Shown piece by piece: positions 12,101 to 24,000 of a stretch of DNA of 64,000 bases. The translations under genes and the position numbers were made by a program. The stretch's first letter is position 1; every line of letters starts with the position of its first letter. The notes beneath the pieces are model-generated. The model had not been told where the DNA came from. It searched no databases and saw nothing but the letters and a program-made list of their open reading frames with translations. The DNA comes from Trichoplax sp. H2 (Eukaryota), in the NCBI GenBank assembly GCA_003344405.1, contig NOWV01000019.1, positions 744,001 through 808,000 of the forward strand. Reading direction: 5' to 3'.

Positions 12101-15100
12101 TTACTAACTGCTAATTCTGATAAAACTGTATTGATTTGTAATTTATGAAACAAAAATATTTCTTAGAATCACAAAGCACGTTTGAAGGACATTCAGGTTG
12201 ATAAGAATTCATCTTAAATAATGCAGTAATGCAGGTGTCAACATTGAATTACTAGTACAATTTCTGCTATTTAATTTAACTCGATAGACCGAGAGGCAAA
12301 GAAAATTCGAAGAACAAGCTGCAAAGGAAGAAGCTGCGCTGGTTAGTTCGAGTAAAGTTTAGATATCTTGACCTAATTTAATACTGTCAATGATTAACTA
12401 AGTTATCTATGATCCTATACATTTTAGGAGCGACGACGTGCCTTGGAAGCCGAAAGGCAATTTAAATTAGAAGAGTTGCGACTAAAAAAATTAGAAAAGG
12501 TAAAGGTGTTAACAATTCTTAACATTGTTCAAACAATCTATAGTAACTCTGCATGGACCTACTTATCACGGTAAATTTTCAATTTGCTGACTTATTGAAA
12601 CGCTTTAACTTACCTTTAGGAGGCCAAAGTAGAACTTCAACGGCAGGAACGTGATAAGGCTAGAAGTGATGCCCTGAAGGAGAAAGCACGGTAGAATTAT
12701 TACCGCGATAAGATCTATGCCGTAAATTATTGCATAAAAAGTTTACGCCGTATCGATTCTATAAATATTCACTGTAGCGACCGAGAACAAAAAAAATCAG
12801 CGCTCCATGCTGCTCTAGCAACTTCAGCTAAAGAACTTCAAAAAAGAATTGAGCAAAAGGTTAAACAATTACCGTCTCTGAGTAAAGTGTGCTCATAAAT
12901 ATCATTCTATTAAATGAATAAGCTTTCATTACCGATAGAAAATAATAAGTCCACTGATTTAAAATCATTGCTCTAAATGCTTAAAATACATTAATATTTC
13001 TATTTAAATAGCATACTGAGAGTAACAAACGGCACGAAATGTTAATTGAACAAAAGAAAGAAAAGGTTAAATTCTATATTTAATATTTACATGTCTGATT
13101 AATACGTATATCATCGTAGCTAAAACGAGAATTTAGACTAAGTGTTTCTTGACGTAAGTGTAATGTTGTTATTCCTAATACTGTAGGCAGCTACTTCTTA
13201 TCGTCCAATGTCCTCGGATTATGTTCCTAATGTTGCTCCCTATGAATGTAAAAAATTTTGTTCACTTTGCAAAGTTCAGGTACATGTACATTTATACATT
13301 TATTGGCCATAATGCCTTCAATATTCAATTAATGTGATATACTGGCGCCTTGGTTATGTCATTATTTCTGTATTGAAAACAAGGCATACCTTAATTGGCT
13401 TAGAGGTGAATCTTAATTATAACAACTACATATTTATTATAAAAAATCAGATTATGTCTGAAGTATATCTTCTTAGCCATTTACGAGGAAAAATTCACAG
13501 AGAAGCTTTGTATGGAGACAATAACAAAGAATTTTGCCTTGATGACATTGTAAAAATAAAGCTTCTGGTGTACCTGTTATCATCGATTTGATATAACCTC
13601 GCAAAAATGAAATATTCATTGATTAACATTCCTATGTTTTTCACTGTTATTTTAGTTTACGGAATCAATAAACTACATCGTCGACGTTCAAAGTGATATG
13701 GATGAGCAAAGCGCACATGAAAGTAAACAGCGACAGCAATCTTGGAAAAAGAAAGCCAAGAAAATTAAGCAAAGATTAAATTCAAAGTAATATATAGAGA
13801 AGAGTGATCATATTTGTTACTCTAGCTTTATTTTTTTATCAACGTTTGTATGTGCAGAACCAAAGTGAAGCTAGTGGACAAAAAAGCACTAACGGCTGGA
13901 AACTCAACCAAGTAGGGCAATACTGATAAGTTTTCAGTGAATATCCCTAATAACTGATTATCGATAAATGTTAACTCGCGGAAAATATTCTGTAGGACAA
14001 CCAAAATTATAAAAGATTTAGAAAAAGCTGTCAAGTCCGTTAACGACTGCACCGAACTGAATCAATCGCAATGTAATCTTATAGAAAAGTGCTTAAGAGA
14101 ACTTAAGTCGATACTAAAGTCAAAGGTATATTATCAATACCATTATCAATACCATCAACTTATCCTGCCACAAGCAAGGATTAAAACTCGTAGATTAAAA
14201 CTAATTTTTTTTTAAACGTAAATGTCACTTTGTAGATATCCAAGACTGAAGTTGTTGCCTTCAAAAACAATAATGGCATTACTTTAATATGTAAACTATT
14301 AGCTATGTTTGGAAATCAAGCCTCTAATCCGGTCTTTAGGAAGTAATTTCATGCGTTATATTAACATTAAAATAATCAGTTTTGATCGAACAGCCGTAAG
14401 CAACATCTCATATTAACGGTATGAAATCCTAATTACGTTGCAGGTATGTAAATGGCTTTACGGAAGTAGTGATTCTCATTTGTTGGGACAATTTAGACGC
14501 GTGTATGGAGTTCATTTTAAGTGGCGAAGTGATCTCATTAATTGATATTTTAATGAAAAGATTTCAGGTAGGCTACATGTTATTATTATTATTATGGCTA
14601 AGGCAATCGCTACTTAAGATACCCTCTAGTATATCAGAGTTGAGGTACTCAATAAATTTACGTTGACCTAGCAGTATTAAAAGACATGAAATTGGATTGT
14701 TGTTACTCTAACGACCCTTACTACAAATTAGTGTTTCCAAAATTAATTTCTAAATAAATGTAATTTAAAATTAGGTAATAAACTTAGAAGGAAAGGGAAG
14801 TTCCGAAGGGAAGCAAAAGCAAAAATTATCCCCTTATTGTCCTATAGCACATAATTTTTTAAGTCTGTTATCAGCGATATTTACAAGTTTGATAAGGAAT
14901 GACTGCAAGAGTGTGACCATATCGGAAAATGTATCGCTTTATCAACGAGCATTGGACTGTATTAGGTGTGTAAATTAATGTCCCTAAACAACTTTGTAAA
15001 TAAGGGATAACGTAGGTAAAAATTGATGGCTATTTTATTATTATTAATAAATGCTTCAGCTACATTGTTTGCGTTGGAATTATCGATGCTCTAAAATCTT

Positions 15101-16745
15101 TCTTTGGCTTGGTATATAACTCTATACTTGTTGATAATGGAGTATTAGAATTGTCACACGAATGCATTAAATTTCTGCTCGAGTTGTCAAGTTACCTTAT
15201 TGAAAGGTATGCTTATCACGGATGTTGACTATCATTAGGATAATCAAAATAAGGAGAAATTTTGCTTACGGAATTATTTATTAAACTAAGGCCAAGAACA
15301 ATATTCAAGAATAAAAAATTTCAAGATAACTGTAATCTGTTAACCGCTTTCAAAGAAACACAATTTGTTGGTTAGTTACTAAGCTTGAAATTAAAACTAC
15401 CAAAAGATTCATGTTTAATGTTAACCTGCATTTTGCGGGAGAAAGGCTCTAAGTTGGATTCACACTCAAACTATTCTTTTATGCTAAAAAGGAACAGTAT
15501 CACTGCTATACGCTATTTTGTTAGCAAATGGTCCTCCACGACGAGCATCTGATCCTCCAAAGTTATGTTCTCGTATTCATAATCTAATAAAGACTTCAAT
15601 TGAATTGCTGAATTGTGTTGCAGTATTAGATCTAGATTTGTTTCAGGTAATTTTTGATACGGATTAAAACAGATTCAAAGCTGATAAAAAAGTTTATTTG
15701 AATTGCAATCAATCATAGTCTATTCTAGGCCAAGAAGGAATATCCTTAGAATATCGTCATGTTATGGTCTATTTACTATGGTATTTATGTGATTTTTTAC
15801 AGATTATTCGACATAGATTTACTTTTTAGATATAATTAAGCGACAGCTATAAGGATTTAAATTTCTTATTTAAAATTTGCTCAAGATATGTTTAGTAGAT
15901 TAGCTATTTTACACTGTGTTCTTAACGCTTATTTCCTTAAGGGTATAAGGAGAGAAATTAAAAATGTACATGAAGCTGAATAAGTTATCTGTTTACATTG
16001 TTAATACTATCCTATAGGCATTTCAGTTTTCACAAGGATGATGCATTATTGCAAGATATTATTATGAATATTGGATACTACTCAATTCTTAACAACGACA
16101 ATCAAACATTTATTCAAGCTAGTCGTAGCCCAACCATTCTTCAATTACTTTGTGCTTTACCTTTTGACTACTTTAGTAATCCAAGGTAATTATGTTAGTT
16201 TTATCATTAATAATCTCGGTTAGTTGACATATATTAGATAATTTGGTTGGTAGATATAGTTTAGACTTCGTTCCCTCAGAACGCATTGTTTCACTAAGCT
16301 TTCTTTTAATGAACTTAGGTTAAAAGATGTTTTGTTTCCAACGTTAATGGCCTTATGCTTTAGAAATTATGATAATAAAGCTATTTTGGATCAAGAAAGT
16401 AGCAGCTCTTTCTTAGCAGAATATATTACCGTAATCTCCTTTATTCAATATTTTCCACACTTTTTAATAAATGTATAATTGCTGTTAAAAAAATTTACAC
16501 CTCGTTCTTATAGGGTTACCAATGTAAGAATAAGGGGTCAGAAAAGAAGACGGAGGAAAAGAAAGGTTTAATCAGATTTACTTAGCTTTGGTTAGCTACA
16601 GCGAGAGATTTCTGAATACTATTCGATACTAAAAGCGCATATCTGCATTTATCACATTATAGATGATTTAGTGTCACTTCCATCACGGTTTCCGTCCAGT
16701 TATTGGCTAGAGGCATGCCATTTCTTCTCATCAACCGCTAGCTAA
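9144..16745 (+). CDS. SCAPER: S phase cyclin A-associated protein in the ER (SCAPER/ZNF291) orthologue, about 30 short exons
   Basis: Exons 9537-9716, 9978-10072 and 10194-10479 give LKARYWSYLFDNLNRAVDEIYCVCE..EVIMTLD..DFNALVERIHLQ..RPTSLAWEVRKSSPG (SCAPER N-terminal motif). There is an E/K/R/Q coiled coil at ~11150-13070 (KAQEEDAKISEIAFINSLEAQNKR) and a C2H2 finger CSLCKVQ|IMSEVYLLSHLRGKIH (~13250-13500). The C-terminus reads TILQLLCALPFDYFSNP..LFPTL..SRFPSSYWLEACHFF, stop TAA 16743-16745. The start at 9144 (MAMAE|gt) is tentative. Confidence 0.93.
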
Positions 16746-18775
16746 ATATATGGATAATCTCATTACAATTAATTATATTATTTATGCAGCACACATAGCC
16801 TGTTCGACAATTTACTTCATGTATCACCTTGAATATGATACGTTGGAAAAATTTACTAAGAGAAAGAACACACATCAAACGCTCGATATATAATATCGTT
16901 GATGCTAACATAAGAAAAGTATTGCTTATGTAAAACTGGATAAGATAGTAATTCTCCGAATAATTTACAGTCCGCGAGGATATACGATAGTTTATATTTA
17001 GGTCATATAATTGATATTTTTTCAAATGTAACAGTGACCACTAGTAACCGCCCTAATTTTAGGCCTGTCAATGATGTAGAGTATGTTAATAACAATACCT
17101 CTACCGATTATGGTTGGCACAACTATGTACATATGTGGTATTTCAAATCGTATAGCTGGCAATAAATCAAGTTTATATTAATAATAAAAACTATGCAATA
17201 AAGATATGCACGGAAGTGAGCTCGATTATGTAGTATAATCGCGGTTAACCAAGTTCTTGACAAACGGATAAATTTAAAGTCTAATTAATTGACAAAATTA
17301 TCGTCCATAGATAATCAGTAGTACGCCACTGTATTTTGATAGCGTCTTAAGTTTAGGTCTATAATAAAGGATTTTTAACATGTAGTAAAGTGAAGATAGA
17401 CACGTCGGGATTAACTTCAGAAATCCTATTAAATTGTACTTTAAAGCACCTTAAAAAATATGTAATACTCCATCATCGTAGATACATCATTTTTGGCCCA
17501 CTAGCGACTACCTGAGAAAGGAATATTCGGCACTATTTTGCAAAATATAGCATTGTGCATTTTTCCTTTGAATACATAAAATTATGTCTGAATATGCTCA
17601 ACAAAACACTCCGGTAGTTTTTTCACAATTATTTAGCGATCTCACTACGAAACTAATAAAACAGATAAATGGCTTTAATATATACTGCCTAACGGGCCAA
17701 ATTATAGATGATCCGAAGATAGCATAAGTTAAATTGGATAAATATATGCAATGAATTTTAAAGTTCATTGATTTAGTTTTACCTTTGCAATATCTTTCTG
17801 ATCGAAGCAATTGCACGGAAAGATTTTATTATGGATATTGGTTTGCGTGCAATTACAAATTATTGCCCTAACTGATTAAATTAGCTAGCTAGGATCTATT
17901 CCAGTACTCTATTACTGTTTAGGTGACTCTATTTTCATGATTGCTACTTCAAGCAATCAAACAAGGTACTAGTATTATTAAACATTACTAACAGTCGGCA
18001 AAACTATAAATACAATTATTAATACGTCTATTACTCTAATTGAAGTTATATTTGCCAACAAATTATTTGGCAGTGAATTCTTGCTTACAAAGGATAAAGT
18101 GCATTAGTTGAAGTCTAGCTAAGGATTTGAATTAATTAAAATTAGTTTATGGAAGAAATCATTTGCCCTAAATCATTTATTAAGTATACAAAATGCTGTA
18201 ATTACAGGACAACTACACCGTTGTTACTGCACACCATATATCAGTATATCTTTAAACCATATCTAACATAATCAATAAATTGGAGTATTCATTTGATGAT
18301 AATAGATATTTCATAATAATTATAATGATAATAATTATAGTATTCTTATAAATGGGCAACCGCACTGCAATTTATATTTATCCATGATTTGTACGCTAAT
18401 ACTACTACTTATCTTAAATCATACAAGCTAATATTACTTTAGGTAAATTAGCTAATTATAATTATTGTTGTAAAGTGGTTTCACATTATTCTAACGTTAA
18501 TAATTATAATTTCACCAGAAATTAAATACATAAAATCTATAATTAGCGCCCATAATTAACAAACTTGTTAAAATGATCTTCTACGGAGTAAAATAAAGGG
18601 AATTTAGGTTATAACACTGTGGCAACAGACATTATTTCAGACAAGACTTTATCTAGTTAAAGACATCAAATGTTTAGGTAGCATAAGTAACACTTTATTT
18701 TTAGTAAGTAAATAAAGGTAGCTATAATATTTAACAAATGCAGTAAAGTTTTTGTCTTTCTTTGGACTAAATATA

Positions 18776-21048
18776 TTAGCAGGCTGCATTCAAATTCTCC
18801 ATGGTGTTAACTATAATCTGTATGGAATGTATGATGTGTTTACTAGATAACTTTTCATCCCCTTGATAACCTAAGATTGCGTCTTTCACCTTAGTTAGCT
18901 GAGAAAAGATAAACTCCAATTAAGCTGTCAGTCTATTTGTACAATAAACAAAAAATGGTACAAAAACATGAAAAAAATAAAACTGCTCAGTAAATAATCT
19001 GCTCTATGTTGTCAAACTAAGTTTACTGTAGTAAATTTAGTAACGGTTCCTTATTTAATAGTGAAACAATGAATAATGTCTATCGATTATAAGAGTAAAG
19101 AGGTAAAACAAGATATGGACTAAGAAATACATAATTAATGATTAACATTAGATGCTTTAGTGGGCGATAACAATTCTTGAAATCACTGCATGGTTAATAA
19201 ATGATAAACAAGACAAAAGATAAAATAAATTAACTGAAAAGAAACGATGAATACGATAATCAAGATTTAGATATGTAATGTAGATAGAAAAAAGGTTGGT
19301 TTATTGTACTGTTTTTCTATTCTGATAGCTTCTACGCGTTTCTCTTTTATTGAGTGCAATAAAATTGACTATTTATCTTAATATTAACCTGCTTAACTTG
19401 TATTGTGAAAAGTCGAATAAGAATACGATATGGTAAACAGTATTGCAACGAGCAATCCTTTAAACTAATTTCCATCTTGATCAAAATCATATTAAATTAG
19501 ATTGTGGGTTCTGATAAGATTAAGTAGAGTTTGTCTTTGAAAAATTTAGAATAAATAGGCATTCTATAATAAATCGTATCAGAAGCGGCTCACGTTTTCA
19601 ATGAATCAGCAACATTTTCAATCAAATTACAGAATCAACTCAAATGTTGAGCGTGTGTTTGGTTTAAAGTTTAATTTCCATTAATTTGAACGGGTAGTTC
19701 ACCAGTGCATATAATGATAGTAAAGAAACTTTAGACTGGTTCCTTATAGCTGAACAATCGTTAAACATGATAAAGTCACGTTTTAAAATGGTGACAACTG
19801 TGTTGTATAGCAGCCTGGAAGTAATAAAAGAGGATAATCTGTAACATAATTCTACAAATGTAGCTCTAGGTGTATTCGAAACTAATAAATTCATTTATAC
19901 CGGTATTAATTGTGGTAGCAATTACTGTAGCTGTCACAGAGTTGGAGTTTAATTTAAAAAAATCATACATATTGCATCGAATTATCTAGAAGAATGAATA
20001 TTAGTGCAACAAAAATTGATTTAAAATTATGCTAAAATGAATTAGTAATTACGGCGCCTTACTCCTTCTTTAGCTGCTTGCCACTGATAATTATTGTTTT
20101 CGCTTTCCTGTAATGATACTGTAGAAATTGAAAGTTTCTTACAGCAATATAAAGACAGTGTTTCAGAAAGATGGCCAAAATCAATTACGTCTTGATGAAG
20201 TGCTAGAGTCTTTTCACTCCCATTATCGTTGCAATTCTTATCTTTCCAGTACATTTTAACGCGAGAAAAGTTACCAAGCATAGCTGTCACACTCTGTGTT
20301 TATTATATTTCATAAATTAAACAAACATTCTTATTCAGTGTGAGTATATTAGTAAATTCATACATCATTTATTTAATAAGCTGATCTAAATAGATGTGAA
20401 ATATTAGCTCCATCGCTAATTAATTGATATGCTGCAATTAACTAAATTGACTCAACTTACTCTTGGTTCTGTAACAACAAAAACTGCACCCGCATTGATG
20501 AAGCCATGTGCAATTAAATTCAATTGTAAAGAATCCACAGCTAAGGCAGTATCTTTAAGTATTTGCAAAATTTGCGTTGGTTGTAAAACTTTGGACTCAA
20601 GTTCCATTAAATGACTTAATATAGAAATGTTTTGCCCCTTAGTTTCGTAGCATGTTATTCTAGTAAAATAAAATTCAAAGCTTGTAAATGGCGAAAATGA
20701 TTATATAGTACCCTCATGAATTCAACCGTTAACTGTACTGTCAATCAGTCAAGATTATTTTAAAATACCGCATTAATAAAATTCTAAGTTTTGTGTTATG
20801 GCTAATATTATTTACAGTTTTCCCTGTATATCGATGTTGACCAATTCATCATTTACGATTTGACATTTGCCACCATTAATCATCCACAAACACTTGGCAA
20901 TATTTTGTAATCTAAGATTACGCCGTTTTATAGCAACGTAGAATTGCATCTCATTTTTCCAGCGTTTCATTTCATCCTTAGAATAGATTTTTAATAATCC
21001 GAACGGACAGGCCTTAGTATTTGTTTCTTGCTCAACCAATAAATAGCT
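18776..21048 (-). CDS. Kinase-like (predicted catalytically inactive) C-terminal exons of the minus-strand GPCR
   Basis: FGLLKIYSKDEMKRWKNEMQFY (beta3 Lys, alphaC Glu); QILQILKDTALAVDSLQLNLIAHGFINAGAVFV (alphaE and catalytic-loop position); AMLGNFS (DFG position); QDVIDFGHLSETL (DVxSFG of alphaF). Exon lengths of 233 and 199 nt equal those of the + strand paralog. Confidence 0.8.
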
Positions 21049-24000
21049 CTATAAACGTGAAAGTCAGTTTTTAATTCGAAGTTATATTTACTGTATATAG
21101 CCTAACAAATTTAAATTAAGGTGATATCTATCGCCCTACTTTAGTGAGGCTTAAGTAGATTATTATAATTTAACTAGCAGTCTACCACAGACTAATGAAT
21201 AAATTAATTAACGGCCATTCTAACTTCAGGCGGGTTATTTCATAGATTTGTATGACTTATTTGTGATCGTATCAATCAGATGCATTATACTAATTGCAAC
21301 AGTTAAACTTATTTAAAAATGTAAATTCGATAAATTTAGAAATGATAATAGTTTACTTTTCACCGTATGACAGTTTTTGGCAATATCTATTTTTTTTAAT
21401 GTGAATAATTTTATTCTAATAATGTAGCACTTAAAAGCCTAGGAAAAACTACTATTCTGGAGGTACCTAGATATAAAGGGTCTGGAAAATAAATACTTTG
21501 TTAACAAGTGAATTTCAAATTCAAAATTGTTTAATACATTTCATAGTTAAGCAATACCATAAAAATGAAGGAAAAATTTCAATGCTATCAAATCCAATTT
21601 AATTCTAACAACACTAATTCAAACCCCAACTGTTAATGCATTTAATGAGGGAATAACTCGCTTAAAACGGTACTTAAATAGACAAGAAATGCAATAAACC
21701 TCAACTTAGACCTTGTTATTGTCTTTCAATTAGTCGAATACCCACTGCCTGTCCAAATCTAAAGAAACTACGGTAATTAATATCTCTGTAATTTACTTAA
21801 AGCTTTATACAATTTTCTACCCAAATTTAGAACAAAGTATCAAATCTATTGATTTTGATGTTGCATTTAGAACCGCATCCTGGGAATACAAAAGTAGAAG
21901 AATATAGTAGCTTCGTGAATTTTTAGAAGAAATAACCTCTACTACTGAGATATAAAAAACAGGAAATAAATACTCTAAATTATCACTTCTTGATATTTTC
22001 TCGTCACTCAGGACTTAAAAAGGTGAAAAATAATGTTAGCAACTACTTCATGGAAATCATTTTATTTTAAATTACTGATTTAGCATTTGCATTACTGTAC
22101 AGGTAAATTAAATAGTATTTGAGCCGACCTTATCTATGTGATGAAAGGCAGTTAAAGATGATTTCGCCAGGCGCTTCTTAATTCTAGATTCGATTTCAAC
22201 ACCTTCAAGATATTAAATATTATTTAAAATAAAGCATTTAGAGCATTAGCCATTAAAATGAACGTATGATTTGTGGACTATCTTAGCCTAGAGCTAGCTA
22301 TTAAATCCAAAATTATTTAAATTTGATCGTAATCAACTTACTATGCCATTCTTGATAGCGTTCATTATGCTCAATTCGTTCACCACAACTCCAACAATAT
22401 CTCATAGGTAAAAAACAGCAACCCAATATCTTAAACCAATTATTTGCCGTATTGATAAAAGTTGTTGTAAATATAGTATACAAGATAGGATTGATACAAG
22501 AATTAAGTGGTAAGGAGAGAATAGCAATAAATGGTAAACTGTGAGTATCCAACCCTAGGCCAAATCCAGCCCGAAGTAGAACCACATACAACGGTAGCCA
22601 ACAAATGAGATCCGTTATTACAATGGTGATCATTTTAGCTCGAATAATCCTATCAGTTGTAGACATTGGACGTTGAGCTTTCTGGCGAGCCTTTGCTAGA
22701 GCAATAATAATTACAATATACATCACTGCTATTAACATCCAGACAAGTAGGGTAATGGCACAATATGATATTATCCACATCAAAAGGTAACTGTTTTCAA
22801 TATTTCCTGGTATACACGCACTATTAGTTCCATGTAAGCGCAGTGTTTTAGGTTGGTTAATGCCATTAATCACTGGGAATCCTATGTAGATTGCTGAAAT
22901 TAACCATAGCAAAATCAAAATGGTAAGTATTACAGGATAGGATATACGTTTATCTGAGAAAGGATAGATTAAGTACAAATATCTATCTAGAGTTACGAAA
23001 AATAAAATAAATGTTGACATTAGACTTGATAGCGCAATTAGAAAAGACGCTGTTAAACATGCCCAACTACGCTGCCAAAGTTCGAGATTTTCAGAATAAC
23101 GACCGGCATAATAAATATTAGCCGATGCAATAATAATTAAGTAACATCCCATCATTAGATCAGCAATAGATAAATTAATTAAAAAAGTCTTCACAGTGCG
23201 TAGATCTTTAGAAATATCAATTGAGTGCCATATAATTGAAATAGTATTTCCGATGATTGATATTGTCCCAATAGCCCAGATAAATATACGTAATGCATCA
23301 TGCGATAATATGCTTGAACATGTTGACAAATTGAGTTGGTCAGGGAGTGGATTGCATCGCTTAGCCACTGGAGGTGCGATACAACATAAATAATCACGAG
23401 TAGAATACCTACGTAAAATGCGCAAAGTGTTTTGAATTACTGCAAAATTGCTCTAAGAAATATTTTAGTAAATATTTGATTTTAAATATCCTACAATTAT
23501 GACATTAACAGCAAGGCGTAAAATATACAGATACGTGACTTTTTAAAATATTAGATAACTTATCATGTACACGAATCTTAAATGAATTAGTCCATGCATG
23601 GCTTTTGCATTGAAATTTAGCAGCGGATTATTTTCCAAATGCCTACACAGGAAATTAATAATATTTTCCAAACGCTACCACAATTTTAACGAACTTCGAT
23701 AATATATCTTAACTTAAACTCAACTAAATCCTTATATAATTAATTTTTCATTCTCTATGTGATTTATATACCGCAATTTTTAATACATATTAACTTGAAA
23801 TCAAATTTCAAGCTTTCAATAGCTATATTCAAATTTAAGGGACACTCATACATAACTACGGGGAGCGTAGTGGCTTTTGGTTGACTTCAACGATTCATAA
23901 TTTTTAAGTTATCTTTTCTAACAAAACAATTTTTGAAGTTAATAACTACTATTTTACCGCAACAAAACGAATTAGCGAAGGAAAAATGTACTTTATGTGT

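Noticed and set aside
19866-19985. Alternative terminal exon for the minus-strand receptor (IIRCNMYDFF..)
   Set aside because: Phase-compatible, but exon 18898-18776 aligns much better with the paralog's last exon; kept only as a weak alternative.
22313-23425. Treating the 370-aa ORF as a complete intronless GPCR
   Set aside because: The start is TTG within intron sequence; clear splice sites at 23408 and 22342 link it to LRR and kinase-like exons.
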